A stretch of 64,000 bases of DNA from Candidatus Limnocylindrales bacterium. GTDB taxonomy: Bacteria; Chloroflexota; Limnocylindria; Limnocylindrales; CSP1-4. The DNA lies in assembly GCA_035540555.1 (NCBI GenBank), contig DATLGJ010000021.1, forward strand, positions 4,492 through 68,491, written 5' to 3'. A model generated the notes under the pieces. That model was not told the origin of the DNA. It saw only the letters and a program-made list of their open reading frames with translations, and did no database searches. A program made the translations under genes and the position numbers. Within the stretch, counting starts at the first letter, position 1; each line of letters opens with the position of its first letter. This document shows positions 26,481 through 36,938 of this stretch, piece after piece.

Positions 26481-27710
26481 CTACGCCGGGGTGGCCACCG
26501 TGGCGGCACCGGAGCCGGCCCGGCGGGCTGCCGCCAGGCCCGACTTGAAGTCGGCCACCAGGTCAACCTCGTCCTCCAGCCCGACAGAGACGCGGACCAG
26601 GCCGACCGGGATCCCGGCCGCGGCCAGCTCTTCGTCGCTCATCTGCCGGTGGGTGCTTGACGGCGGGTGGACGCAGATGGTGCGCACGCTGCCGAGTGAC
26701 GCCGTTCGCGGCGGGATCGACAGGCCATCGACGAAAGCCGCTGCCGCCTCGCGGCTCGGCAGCTCGAAAGCGAGCATCCCGCCAGGCCCGTCCAGCAACC
26801 GCTCGGCAACCCGATGCTGGGGATGCGATGGCAGGCCGGGATAGAAGACGCGCTCGACCGTGGGATCAGCTTCAAGCGCCTCGGCCAGCACCCGCGCGCT
26901 GCGCACGTGGCGGTCCATTCGGACGTGCAACGTCTCGATGCCCCGCAGCACCAGGAAGGCCGACATCGGCGCGGCGCTGGCACCGGTATCGATCTGGAAC
27001 AAGCGCACCCGCTCGATCAGCTCGGTCGACCCGCAGACCACGCCGGCGAGCACATCCGAGTGCCCGCCGAGCCACTTCGTCGCCGACTCGATGACCAGAT
27101 CCGCGCCGTGCTCCATGGGCCGGCACAGGTACGGCGAGGCAAACGTGTTGTCGACCGCCACCAGCAGCCCGTGGCGGTGGCCCAGGTCCGCGAGCGCGGG
27201 CAGGTCCGACACGACGATGGTCGGGTTGCTGATCGTCTCGAGGTAGAGCAGCCGGGTCCGTCCGGTGATCGCGTCGGCGACCGCCCGATGATCCGTTGCG
27301 TCGACCCAGCTGACGTCGATGCCCAGGCGCCTCAGTCTCCGCTCGAAGAGGACGTATGTGCTGCCGTAGACGGCGCGAGTGGCGACGATATGATCGCCCT
27401 CCCCGAGCAGCGCGAGCAGGGCGCCGTGGATCGCGGCCATGCCTGAGGCAAATGCGTAGCCGGCCGGCGCCCCTTCCAGCTCGGCCACCGCCCGGGCCAT
27501 GGCATCCGTCGTCGGGTTGTCCAGGCGAGCGTAGGCATAGCCCGGCCGGCGGTCGCCCAGGATTTCGCCCAGGTCGGCCGAGTCGGTCGCGCTGAAGGTC
27601 ACCGACTGGTAGATCGGGACTGCGTCGGGCTCCTGCTCGACCTTTGGCTGGCGAGTCGCCGCGCGGATCGCGCGTGTGCCAAAGCCGGAGGCCGTGCGCT
27701 CACTGCTCAC
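26481..27710 (-). CDS. Cys/Met-metabolism PLP-dependent enzyme (cystathionine gamma-synthase / O-acylhomoserine sulfhydrylase / gamma-lyase family)
   Basis: PIYQSVTF, YARLDNPT and the PLP-lysine motif ESATKWLGGHSD are present. Length is about 409 aa. Confidence 0.85.
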   Translation of the reverse strand: MSSERTASGFGTRAIRAATRQPKVEQEPDAVPIYQSVTFSATDSADLGEILGDRRPGYAYARLDNPTTDAMARAVAELEGAPAGYAFASGMAAIHGALLALLGEGDHIVATRAVYGSTYVLFERRLRRLGIDVSWVDATDHRAVADAITGRTRLLYLETISNPTIVVSDLPALADLGHRHGLLVAVDNTFASPYLCRPMEHGADLVIESATKWLGGHSDVLAGVVCGSTELIERVRLFQIDTGASAAPMSAFLVLRGIETLHVRMDRHVRSARVLAEALEADPTVERVFYPGLPSHPQHRVAERLLDGPGGMLAFELPSREAAAAFVDGLSIPPRTASLGSVRTICVHPPSSTHRQMSDEELAAAGIPVGLVRVSVGLEDEVDLVADFKSGLAAARRAGSGAATVATPA

Positions 27711-27759
27711 CGGTCCATGCTACCCCGGCTTGTGCGCGATGCACGAAAAGCCGGTCGCT

Positions 27760-28977
27760 TCAGGCGAAGGGCGGCTCCTCGCGCCGGTAGGGGTCGGCTT
27801 CGACCGGCGCCGGCTCCGACTCGGCCAGCGTCGACACTGCCTCCCAGGGTGCCTGTCGGGGGTCGGCTTGCCCGCTCCGATCACGCCACTGGCCCATCGG
27901 CACCGGTCGCCGACCGCCGACCGCGTGGTAGCGCACGATCTGGTCACGCCCCCGACGCTTGGCCTCATACATCGCCGCGTCGGCGCGGCGCAGTAGCTCC
28001 GCCGCCGACCGGCCATCATCCGGGAACGCCACGACGCCGATGGAGACAGTCGAGCGGACCATCTGGCCGGTATCGGGCAAAGACATCTGGGCAATGTCGC
28101 GGCGCAGCTTCTCGGCCACCCGCACGGCACCGCCGGCATCGGTTTCGGGCAACAGGATGAGGAACTCGTCGCCACCGTAACGGCCGGCAAAGTCAGTCAC
28201 CCGCACGCTGCCGCGGATGACGTCGGCCACTCCCCGCAGCAGCCTGTCGCCGGCCTCGTGACCGAACCGGTCGTTGACCGGCTTCAGGCCATCCAGATCG
28301 AACAGCAGCAGCGCGAACGGACGGCCGCTGCGCGCCGAGCGCAGGATCTCCTGCTCAAGCGCCAGGCCGATGTAGCCGCGGCTGTGCAGCTGGGTCAACG
28401 AGTCGTAGCGCGAGAGCCTGAGCGCCGACTCATGCGCCTTGCGCTGCTCGCGCCCGATGACCGACGCGACGTAGGAGATCAGGGCCAGCGCGACGAGATT
28501 GAAGGTGACCGTGGCCCATGCCTGGGGAGGCAGGCCCTCGGGGGCCAGCGCCACTCCGAGCAGGTACGTGCCGAAGGCCGCCACGGCCAGGATGTACGGC
28601 CCGACCCCCTGCGCCCACAACGACGTCCCGGCGATCAGCAGGATGTAGCCGACGAAGAATGGGCTGCCATAGCCGCCGGTCAGGATGATCAGCAGCGTCA
28701 GGAAGGCGAGCACCGTGCCTGCCTCTATCGGACCGCGCCAGCGGCCGAGCAGGTGCATCGGCAGCAGGTCCTGCGCCGCCACCACGAGCAGCGCCCCGGT
28801 GGCCAGCACGACGTACAGCAGGGGCTGCAGGTCGGCCGGCCCCACGACGGTGATGACGATCAGCGCCGAGCCGATGAACAGGTAGGAGACCACGCGCGTG
28901 ACCCGCGCGTACAGGCCGCGCGTCAGGGGCTGATGGTCGACGGTCTGGACGGAGCTCGGGTTGTCGGTCACGCGCAC
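27760..28977 (-). CDS. membrane-bound diguanylate cyclase (GGDEF)
   Basis: About six N-terminal TM helices precede the GGDEF domain. That domain has an intact active site (RYGGDEF) and an RxxD I-site (RVTD) five residues upstream. Confidence 0.88.
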   Translation of the reverse strand: MRVTDNPSSVQTVDHQPLTRGLYARVTRVVSYLFIGSALIVITVVGPADLQPLLYVVLATGALLVVAAQDLLPMHLLGRWRGPIEAGTVLAFLTLLIILTGGYGSPFFVGYILLIAGTSLWAQGVGPYILAVAAFGTYLLGVALAPEGLPPQAWATVTFNLVALALISYVASVIGREQRKAHESALRLSRYDSLTQLHSRGYIGLALEQEILRSARSGRPFALLLFDLDGLKPVNDRFGHEAGDRLLRGVADVIRGSVRVTDFAGRYGGDEFLILLPETDAGGAVRVAEKLRRDIAQMSLPDTGQMVRSTVSIGVVAFPDDGRSAAELLRRADAAMYEAKRRGRDQIVRYHAVGGRRPVPMGQWRDRSGQADPRQAPWEAVSTLAESEPAPVEADPYRREEPPFA

Positions 28978-29184
28978 TCTCGGGAGGGGGCGGTGGTGGC
29001 TGGGTGATTGGTCCCCTCTGGCTGGGCCGATGGTACTGCCGGCTGACTGCCACTAACCGCACCAGCCGCAGATTCGTGTCGACGGCTGGCAACGCTCTGC
29101 GCAGTGTTGGCTCTGTCACGCCGCCTGAACGTCTCCGTCGCAGCCGTTGCTGGCAGGCGCGTGGGGAGCGGCTAGCGTGGGCAC

Positions 29185-30594
29185 ATGGATGTGGACCGGG
29201 AGCCTGGGCTCCATCGCGTGGTAATCATCGGCGGCGGCTTCGCCGGGCTGACGGCTGCGGTCGCGCTGGCCGACGCGCCGGTGCGGGTCACCCTCGTCGA
29301 CCGGCGTAACTTCCACCTGTTCACGCCACTCCTCTACCAGGTGGCGGTGGGTACCCTGGCAGCGGCCGACATCTGTCCTCCCCTGCGCCGCGTGCTGCAT
29401 CGCCAGGCCAACGCGGAGGTGCTGCTGGGGGAGGCACGGGATCTGGACGCCGAGCGACGACTGGTGGTCATGACCGACGGCACCCGCATCGAGTACGACA
29501 CGCTGGTGCTGGCCGCCGGGGCGCGCCCGAATTTCTTCGGGCACGAGGAATGGGAGGGCTGGGCTCCGGCGCTGAAGACGATCGAGGACGCGACTGACAT
29601 TCGGCGCCGGGTTCTGCTGGCCCTGGAGGCGGCCGAGCGCGAAGTGGACGCAGCCGAGCGCAGGGCCTGGATGACCATCGCCGTGGTAGGGGGCGGACCG
29701 ACCGGGGTCGAGCTGGCCGGCGCGCTGGCTGACGTGACCCGTCGCTCGCTGCGCGGCCACTTCCGGCGCATACGCGCAAGCGACGTGCGGATCGTGCTGC
29801 TGCACAGCGGTGACGCACTGCTCAGCCACTTCAGCCCGGGCCTCCAGCGGCTGACTCGCCGCGAGCTCGAGCGGCGCGGGGTCGAGGTGCGTTTTGGCTC
29901 GCGTGTGATCGGCGTGGACAGCGACGGGGTGAATATCAGGGCCTCCGACGGCGAATCCCGGCTGGCCGCCCGCACCGTGCTCTGGACCGCCGGAGTGCGA
30001 GCGTCTCAGGTGGGCAAGGCCGGGGCTCGCTCCCTGGGAGCCGAGATTGACCGCGCCGGCCGGGTGGCGGTCGAGCCCGACCTGACCGTCCGGGGCCACC
30101 CCGAGGTGCTGGTCATAGGCGACCTGGCCCATCTTGCCGACCGTAACGGCGACGCCATGCCCCAGCTGGCGGCCGTGGCGACGCAGCAGGGCCGGCACGC
30201 CGCCGAGGTGATCCGAGCCCGGCTCGAGGATCGCCTGCCAATGCCCTTCAGCTATCGCTCGCGGGGCAACATGGCGACCATCGGGCGCGGCGATGCCATC
30301 ACGGAGGTGGGTCCGCTCCGTTTCGCCGGCTTTCCTGCCTGGGTGGCGTGGCTGGCAGTCCATCTCGCGTACCTCGTCGGCTTCGAGAATCGTTCGGTTG
30401 TCCTGCTGCGCTGGCTGGTCGCCTTTGTCGCTCACCGCCAGCCATCGCTCGTCCTGACCGGCCAGTCACTGCCACCGGAGGTGCCTCAGCCCCGCGCGGA
30501 GGAGGGCACGCGTTGGGTGGAGGAGGAGACGGGCGGCGCCCAGCCCGTCGGCTCGCGAGCTGGGGATACGCCCGTCGCCCTCGAGCGGGATTGA
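29185..30594 (+). CDS. ndh: type II NADH dehydrogenase (NDH-2)
   Basis: Two GxGxxG folds (VVIIGGGFAGL, AVVGGGPTGVE) and the FHLFTPLLYQVA motif are present. There is a C-terminal membrane-association segment. Confidence 0.88.
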   Translation: MDVDREPGLHRVVIIGGGFAGLTAAVALADAPVRVTLVDRRNFHLFTPLLYQVAVGTLAAADICPPLRRVLHRQANAEVLLGEARDLDAERRLVVMTDGTRIEYDTLVLAAGARPNFFGHEEWEGWAPALKTIEDATDIRRRVLLALEAAEREVDAAERRAWMTIAVVGGGPTGVELAGALADVTRRSLRGHFRRIRASDVRIVLLHSGDALLSHFSPGLQRLTRRELERRGVEVRFGSRVIGVDSDGVNIRASDGESRLAARTVLWTAGVRASQVGKAGARSLGAEIDRAGRVAVEPDLTVRGHPEVLVIGDLAHLADRNGDAMPQLAAVATQQGRHAAEVIRARLEDRLPMPFSYRSRGNMATIGRGDAITEVGPLRFAGFPAWVAWLAVHLAYLVGFENRSVVLLRWLVAFVAHRQPSLVLTGQSLPPEVPQPRAEEGTRWVEEETGGAQPVGSRAGDTPVALERD

Positions 30595-30663
30595 CCGTCG
30601 ACTGATACGCCCGGGCGGCGGAGGACGGCGCCGCTGTGGCTGCCTCCGGAGGAGGCTGGCACC

Positions 30664-31143
30664 ATGCTGACCGACGCACTTCGAGGAGCCGTAGCCGGGG
30701 CTGTCGCGACCTGGGTGATGGACCAGGTCACGACGGCAATGCTCAAGAGCCAGCCTGATGAGGCGACCCGACGCGAGGAGGAAGCGCGCCCGAACGGCAA
30801 GAGCGCCATCGCCAACCTTGTCGATCGGGTCGAGAGCGTCACCGGCTTCGAGGCCGACGGCAAGACACGCCCGAGAGTCGAGTCCGCCGTCCACTACGGC
30901 CTGGGTATCGTCCCGGGAGCGCTGTACGGCCTGCTTCGGCGACGCGTGCCGTTGCTCGGGGCCGGGGGCGGCCTCGTCTTCGGCGCCCTCCTGTGGGCGC
31001 TTAACGACGAATGGCTCAACTCCCAGCTCGGGCTTTCAGGCCCGCTCGACGCGTACCCGGCCGTGACGCACTGGCGCGGCTTTGTCGGCCATGCCGTGCT
31101 CGGCGCGATGACCGAGTCGACGATCGAGCTGCTGGGCGGTTAA
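30664..31143 (+). CDS. small membrane protein, possibly DUF1440/YagU-like
   Basis: Gly/Ala-rich hydrophobic segments are present (GAVAGAVATWVMD, GGGLVFGALLWAL, GHAVLGAM). The family assignment is from memory only. Confidence 0.4.
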   Translation: MLTDALRGAVAGAVATWVMDQVTTAMLKSQPDEATRREEEARPNGKSAIANLVDRVESVTGFEADGKTRPRVESAVHYGLGIVPGALYGLLRRRVPLLGAGGGLVFGALLWALNDEWLNSQLGLSGPLDAYPAVTHWRGFVGHAVLGAMTESTIELLGG

Positions 31144-31239
31144 CCGCCGCGGGTGCTCGGGCGCCTCGTGCCGATCGGTTGGTGATCCGGCGCCTTGCTC
31201 GCCACCGCGTGGGTTTCCCGCCGCTCCGGCGACCCGGCT

Positions 31240-31677
31240 TCAGTCGTCGAGCCGCTCCGGCAGCTGCATCAGCGGCAGGCCACAGCCAGGGTCGATCTCG
31301 CGCGTCACCGCCTGCGGCTCGGGATGGAGCCAAAGCTCCACGTTCGGGTTGGCCACCGCCGCGATGACGTGGCCGCCCAGCAGCGAGAGGTCTCGCCGGC
31401 CGATCGAGGCATGCAGGTGCAGGGCCGGCTTGCCCTCGCGCATGGCCGCGTTGCCGACAAGGCTCACCAGCTCCACCTGCTCCTCGATCTGATGGACCTC
31501 GTACTCGCGCGACTCGCGCGCCCAGTAGGCCAGCTTGATGCTGCTCAGCGCACCCAGACCGGTGATCGCCGCGTAGCCAACTTCCTCGGCCTCGAGCAGC
31601 TGGAGCAGGCGCGCGGCCACCTCCTCACCCGGCTCCAACCGCACCTGCAAGCGATCATCGAAGCGCATGAATCGCAT
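31240..31677 (-). CDS. PPC (DUF296) domain protein
   Basis: The sequence reads MRFMRFDDRLQVRLEPGEEV..GLGALSSIKLAY...HLHASIG...GGHV, consistent with the PPC/DUF296 fold. It lies 46 nt downstream of the histidine kinase on the same strand. Confidence 0.6.
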   Translation of the reverse strand: MRFMRFDDRLQVRLEPGEEVAARLLQLLEAEEVGYAAITGLGALSSIKLAYWARESREYEVHQIEEQVELVSLVGNAAMREGKPALHLHASIGRRDLSLLGGHVIAAVANPNVELWLHPEPQAVTREIDPGCGLPLMQLPERLDD

Positions 31678-31723
31678 CTCGCCGAGTATCGTACGGCCCC
31701 GCGCGACGAGAGCTGCCGGTTGA

Positions 31724-33874
31724 CTACCCGAGCAGCGTGTTTGTCGCCGCCCGCTCGCGCACATCGGCGCCGCGCGGCGCCTCGCCCGGCTCGACGTACT
31801 GGGGCAGGCTGAACCCGAACTCAGCCCCCGCGCCGTCGGCGTTGGCAGCCCAGATCCGGCCGCCCATCGCCTCGACCAGGCTGCGGCAGATGAACAAACC
31901 GATGCCGGCGCCGGGGGCGGCGCTGGTCTCCGCGGCGCGGTAGTAAAGGTCGAAGATCTGATGCGCGTCCGACTCGGTCAGCCCCGGCCCATCGTCAATC
32001 ACCCGCACGAGGACCTCGTCTTCGGCGGCCGTCGCCGTCAGGTGGACGGTGGCCAAATGGCCGGCGTACTTGCCGGCATTCGAGATCAGGTTGCGCACGA
32101 CCTGCCCGAGGTAGTCCTCGTCGGCAGCAACCAGCGGCAGGCCTGCCTCCACGTCGAGCTCGATGGTCATGCCCGGCCAGAGCTGTCGCTCGCGGGCCAC
32201 CAGGCTGCTGAGCAGCTGGCGCAGCGCCACCGGCCTGAACTCGAAGAACTGGGCACCGCGCTCAACGCGCGCCAGCACGACCAGGTTCTCCGTCATGCGA
32301 AGCAGCCGCTCGGCCTCCGAGGCAACGCTGCTGAGCACCTCGCGGCGGCTGTCCGGGTCGAGTCGCTCACCGCGGCTCATCAGCAGCTGGGTCCCGCCGT
32401 AGATGGAAGTGATCGGCGTCCGCAGCTCATGTGAGAGCACGCCGAGAAAGCGGTCGCGCAACTGATTGGCCGTCGCCCGCCAGGAGGCATCCGACAGGAC
32501 GAAGAGCTCATACGTGCGGCTTTCGAGCTCGAAGGCGGTGGCCGCGACGTCGACGGGCAGCGTCGAGCCGTCTGCGCGCTGCGCGATCAGCTCGGCGCGA
32601 CGTACACGCCCGTCGCTCGAAGAAGTGTTGAGATCGAGGCCATGATCCACGAACAGGTCGCTCAATCGGCGTCCCGACAGCTCCGGCACCGGCGTGCCGA
32701 GCAGCTGACCGGTAGGGCCGGTTGACCAGACGATCGCACCTGCCTGGTCGACTGCCAGCACGGCGCTCGGCACCGCCTCGAGCAGCGCCCTGAAGCGGGC
32801 CTCGCTGGCACGCACGGCGGCGGCAGCCTCGAGCTCACGACCGGCGTCGGCCAGCCTGATCATCGCCTCTTCGCGCTCGACCGCCCGCAGCGTCATCGTG
32901 CCCAGGAGCTTGAGCACCGCGATGTCCTCCTCGAGGAAGAGGACACGTCCGGCCGTCTGGGCCAGGAGGTGCGGTGCGGTGGAAGGTGCCTCGACAAGCG
33001 GTATGTCGACATGGGTCAGCGGCTCGTCAGGAGCCGTCGCAAGGGCGCCAGTCGGTCGGTCCATGCCCTGCGGCGGAACCTCGCCCGCCGCTGCGAGCTG
33101 CTCGCCGCCCTCGGTCACGATCTCGACCCAGCCGGCCCGCAGCAGCTGCCGGGCGGTCGTGGCCAGCGTGGCCCACAGCAGCTGCGGCTCTGTGCCGGCG
33201 GGTGCCGTCAGTAATCGGCTGCCGAGATCGAACGCGACAGCGCGCTGGGCGACGTTGTGCAGCCAGGTCGGCGGCAGGAAGGCGACCAGATAGGCCAGGC
33301 CGGCGCCCAGCGCCAGCAGGTTGGCCAGCGGCAGGGCCGGATTCGGCTGACCGTTGGCGGCAACTGCGCCGAGCGCTGCAGCCACCACGGCGCTGGCGAA
33401 GAACATCGTTGCCACGCTGGCGGTGCGCAGGCGCAGGCGGGGCAGACCGAAGCGCTCCTGAGCGAGGCGCAGGAATACCAGCGCCGCGAGACCCTCGCCG
33501 ATGGCGAAGTAGGCGGCGATGAACAGCGTGACCGCGTTGATGCGCTCGGCCGGCAAGAGATAGCCGGCCATCGAAATGCCGAAGCCCACGACGAGCAGCC
33601 CGAGCAGCCAGCGCGGCTGGGGCTTGACCAGGTGTATCAGCCAGAAGATGAACAACGGCTGGGCGAGCAGGAGGCTTACCGAGAGTCGTGAGAGCAACGG
33701 CTGCAGGTCGGGCAGCTGGCCCGCTACGGCGCCGGCCGCGAATATGCCCGCCGTGGAGCCGAAGACAGCGAGCAGCGCCAGCTCCACTCGCCCGGGGCGA
33801 CGAAAGAAGCGCCAGGCTGCCACGCCGGTAACGACGTAGAAGGCCAGCTGGAGGCTGATCGCGATTAGGTCCAC
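31724..33874 (-). CDS. sensor histidine kinase (multi-TM sensor, PAS, HisKA, HATPase_c)
   Basis: About seven N-terminal TM helices are followed by a PAS-like segment. The H-box reads LSHELRTPITSI, and N/G boxes are present (NLISNAGKY, DDGPGL, GAGIGL). No response regulator is adjacent. Confidence 0.88.
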   Translation of the reverse strand: MDLIAISLQLAFYVVTGVAAWRFFRRPGRVELALLAVFGSTAGIFAAGAVAGQLPDLQPLLSRLSVSLLLAQPLFIFWLIHLVKPQPRWLLGLLVVGFGISMAGYLLPAERINAVTLFIAAYFAIGEGLAALVFLRLAQERFGLPRLRLRTASVATMFFASAVVAAALGAVAANGQPNPALPLANLLALGAGLAYLVAFLPPTWLHNVAQRAVAFDLGSRLLTAPAGTEPQLLWATLATTARQLLRAGWVEIVTEGGEQLAAAGEVPPQGMDRPTGALATAPDEPLTHVDIPLVEAPSTAPHLLAQTAGRVLFLEEDIAVLKLLGTMTLRAVEREEAMIRLADAGRELEAAAAVRASEARFRALLEAVPSAVLAVDQAGAIVWSTGPTGQLLGTPVPELSGRRLSDLFVDHGLDLNTSSSDGRVRRAELIAQRADGSTLPVDVAATAFELESRTYELFVLSDASWRATANQLRDRFLGVLSHELRTPITSIYGGTQLLMSRGERLDPDSRREVLSSVASEAERLLRMTENLVVLARVERGAQFFEFRPVALRQLLSSLVARERQLWPGMTIELDVEAGLPLVAADEDYLGQVVRNLISNAGKYAGHLATVHLTATAAEDEVLVRVIDDGPGLTESDAHQIFDLYYRAAETSAAPGAGIGLFICRSLVEAMGGRIWAANADGAGAEFGFSLPQYVEPGEAPRGADVRERAATNTLLG

Positions 33875-34032
33875 TCGCCCCTCGTTTCAGGAGGGCCGCC
33901 CCGGCGGCCGCCGGGCAGTTCCGGGTGCATTATCAACGGGCGCGCCAGACGGAGAGTCAGGCAACTTCGAACGCTCCCGAGCGCTGCCCGCGCGCGCTAG
34001 GCTGACGCCCTCATGAAAGGCGGTCACTCGAC

Positions 34033-35112
34033 GTGGACCTGATTCTGCTCGCCGCCGGACTGGTGGCATTGCTCGTCGGGGGCGAGCTGCTCGTCCGCGG
34101 CGCCTCGAGGCTGGCCGCGCTCATCGGCATATCGCCGCTCATCGTGGGCCTCACGGTCGTCTCGTTCGGCACGAGCGCGCCCGAGCTGGCAGTCAGCCTG
34201 CAAGCGGCATTCAGCGGCTTCGCCGGGCTGACCGTGGGCAACATCATCGGCAGCAACATCTACAACGTGCTGCTGGTGCTGGGAGCCGCGGCGATCATCG
34301 CCCCGCTGCTCGTCCAGCAGCAGCTGATCCGGCTCGACGTGCCGCTGATGATCGGCGCGTCGCTCGTGTTCTGGGCCGTGGCGCTCGACGGTGTGGTGAC
34401 CTTCACTGAAGGCGGGTTGATGTTCGGCCTGCTGCTGGTCTACCTGGTGTTCGTCTGGCGCGTATCACGTCGCGAGCGTGCCGATGTTGTCGCCGAATAC
34501 GCCGGCGAATTCGGCTACCGGGCAGCACCCGGCTGGCGGCCCAAGCTCATCAACATGGCACTCGTGGGCGGCGGCGTGCTGCTGCTCGTCGCGGGGGCCG
34601 GCTGGCTGGTCGATGGCGCGGTGTCGCTGGCCAGCGCGCTGGGGGTCAGCGACCTGGTCATCGGGCTGACGATCGTCGCAATCGGCACGTCGCTGCCCGA
34701 GCTGACCACATCGCTCGTCGCGGCCTTCAGGGGCGAGCGCGACATCGCCGTCGGGAACGTCGTTGGAAGCAATATCTTCAACATCCTGAGCGTGCTGGCG
34801 CTGACAGCCCTGGTCGCCCCGGCGGGGGTGGCGGTGAGCCCGGTCGCCCTCGAGGTGGACCTTCCCTTCATGGTCGCGGTGGCGATCGCCTGCCTGCCTC
34901 TGTTCGTCACCGGGCGCATCATTGCGCGGCGGGAGGGTGCCTTTCTGCTCGCCTATGGCCTCATCTACACGGCATTCGTGGCGTTGACCGCGTACGGCGC
35001 CGGGTTGCCTCCGTTCACCTTCCTCGGGCTGCTCGTGATCGCGCCACTCTCGATGCTGGTGCTCGTGCCGGCCCTGCGACGGCGGGTCTCAGGGGGCCGC
35101 GCCGCGCGCTGA
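34033..35112 (+). CDS. CaCA-family cation/Ca2+ antiporter (YrbG-like)
   Basis: Both alpha-repeat signatures (GTSAPEL and GTSLPEL) are present, with about 10 TM helices. Confidence 0.88.
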   Translation: MDLILLAAGLVALLVGGELLVRGASRLAALIGISPLIVGLTVVSFGTSAPELAVSLQAAFSGFAGLTVGNIIGSNIYNVLLVLGAAAIIAPLLVQQQLIRLDVPLMIGASLVFWAVALDGVVTFTEGGLMFGLLLVYLVFVWRVSRRERADVVAEYAGEFGYRAAPGWRPKLINMALVGGGVLLLVAGAGWLVDGAVSLASALGVSDLVIGLTIVAIGTSLPELTTSLVAAFRGERDIAVGNVVGSNIFNILSVLALTALVAPAGVAVSPVALEVDLPFMVAVAIACLPLFVTGRIIARREGAFLLAYGLIYTAFVALTAYGAGLPPFTFLGLLVIAPLSMLVLVPALRRRVSGGRAAR

Positions 35113-35129
35113 GCACGGCCGGTCCGCAG

Positions 35130-36437
35130 CTAAGGCTCGATCTGCCGCCCGCGCCCGTCGGCCGGGACATGCACCTCCGGCGTCGGACGGTCCGCCACCC
35201 CAGCCTCTTCCTCATCGTCCGGCTGACCCTGTCCGCCGTGCTCCGCGGGCGGGTCGGTCAGGGCGGGCTCGTCAGCGTCGGTCGGGGCAAGCCCCCTTGG
35301 AGTGGCCTCTGCCGGGGAGCTGCCGGAGGCTCGCCTGAACGCGTAGGTGTAGATGCCGATGCCGACGGCCGTAAGCGGCACTGACAGGATCGCACCCATC
35401 AACCCGGCGATGGCGGCACCCAGGATCAATACGAAGATGATCAGCGATGGGTGGAGCTCAACCGCGTCGCCCTGGATCTTCGGCACCAGCACCGCGTTCT
35501 CGAACTGCTGGACGATGAAGTAGAGCGCAACGACCGCGATCAGCGCGACGAGCGGATCGTTGGTGGTCAACGCGAGCAGCAGCGTCGGGATCATGGCCAG
35601 GATCGGACCGATGATCGGCAGCAGCTCGAGCACGCCGGCGATGACGGCCAGCAGCAGCGCGAACTGCAGGAAGCGCGGGTCGACGAACCAGCCCAGCAGC
35701 AGCAGGCCGAAGTAGGTCGCCACGCCGATGATCACGCCGAGCAGCAGCTGGGCGCGCAGCCAGCGACCGAATATCCGCTCGATGATGCGCAGCACTGCCC
35801 ACGTGTCGGCGCGCCAGTCGGCCGGGATGCGCCGGTCGAGGCCACCCGTCAGGCGGACGCGATCGCGCAGCAGGTAGAAGGCCCAGATCGGCACGATCAG
35901 GAAGCCGAGGAAGCCCGCGACCGTGCCCAGGATCGTCTGGGCGATGGGCAGCAGGGCGGCCGGGTCAAAGTCGGCCCCCTCCACCGCGTCAGCGATGGCC
36001 TGGTCGATGAACTCGCGCATCTGTGGCGGCAGGTCGAGCGCCTGGTAGGAACGACCCAACTCGGCCAGCGCTCCGTCGACGGCCGCCACGAGCGCCGGCA
36101 CGTCTCCGATGAAGTCGACCAGCTGTCCGACCAGCGGGCCCAGCAGCCAGGACAGGCCCTGCACGACCGCGACGAAGACGGCGACATAGACGAGCAGCAC
36201 GGCCAGGCCGCGCGGGATGTGCCAGCGGCGGACCCGCAGCCGACTCACCAGGCGAACCAGCGGGTCGAGGACATAGACCAGCAGCGCGCCGATGATGAAC
36301 GGGGTCAGCGCGTCCCGGCCGAGATAGAGCAGGACGGCGACGAGCACCGCGCCAGCGATCGCGACCGCCACCCGCGGCGTGGGCGCACGGAGGCGCGGAC
36401 GGTCATCCTTGGCAGCGGCGATTGCATCACCCGACAT
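35130..36437 (-). CDS. AI-2E family transporter (PerM/UPF0118)
   Basis: This is a polytopic protein with the family-typical C-terminal region (VPKIQGDAVELHPSLIIFVLILGAAIAGLMGAILSVPL). The tail is acidic and Pro-rich. The start was taken at ATG 36437. Confidence 0.78.
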   Translation of the reverse strand: MSGDAIAAAKDDRPRLRAPTPRVAVAIAGAVLVAVLLYLGRDALTPFIIGALLVYVLDPLVRLVSRLRVRRWHIPRGLAVLLVYVAVFVAVVQGLSWLLGPLVGQLVDFIGDVPALVAAVDGALAELGRSYQALDLPPQMREFIDQAIADAVEGADFDPAALLPIAQTILGTVAGFLGFLIVPIWAFYLLRDRVRLTGGLDRRIPADWRADTWAVLRIIERIFGRWLRAQLLLGVIIGVATYFGLLLLGWFVDPRFLQFALLLAVIAGVLELLPIIGPILAMIPTLLLALTTNDPLVALIAVVALYFIVQQFENAVLVPKIQGDAVELHPSLIIFVLILGAAIAGLMGAILSVPLTAVGIGIYTYAFRRASGSSPAEATPRGLAPTDADEPALTDPPAEHGGQGQPDDEEEAGVADRPTPEVHVPADGRGRQIEP

Positions 36438-36473
36438 GGGAGCGCAGCCTAGCGCGATCGGCCGGAGAAAGGA

Positions 36474-36878
36474 GTGCACATGGAGATCAAGCCAAAGCCG
36501 CCGACCAACAAGGCACCCGCCGAGACATTCACCGGCGACGCGTGGCTGGACGTGATCGTGCGCGGCGACGAGCCCTCACGCGTTCGCGTCAGCATGGTCC
36601 GCTTCGCGCCCGGCGCGCGCAACGCGTGGCACGCGCATGCGGTCGGCCAGACCGTCCACATCACCGAGGGAGTCGGACGGATGCAGGCACGTGGTGGCCC
36701 CAGGCTGGAGGTACGGGCGGGCGACACGGTCTACACGCCGCCTGGCGAGTGGCACTGGCACGGCGCCGCGCCGGAGCACTTCATGGCCCACCTGGCGATC
36801 TGGGAGGCGCCGCCCGAGGGCGAGGAGACCGACTGGGGCGAGCAGGTCACCGATGAGGAGTACGGCGCCGAGGGCTAG
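36474..36878 (+). CDS. cupin-domain protein
   Basis: The cupin motifs are G-x5-HxH (ARNAWHAHAVGQ) and GD-x4-P-x-G-x2-H (GDTVYTPPGEWHWH). Confidence 0.75.
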   Translation: MHMEIKPKPPTNKAPAETFTGDAWLDVIVRGDEPSRVRVSMVRFAPGARNAWHAHAVGQTVHITEGVGRMQARGGPRLEVRAGDTVYTPPGEWHWHGAAPEHFMAHLAIWEAPPEGEETDWGEQVTDEEYGAEG

Positions 36879-36938
36879 GTGCGGGAGGGAGACTCCCGGC
36901 AGCAGTCGCGGTCGGGGATGGGCGCGGCGTCGCCTGGC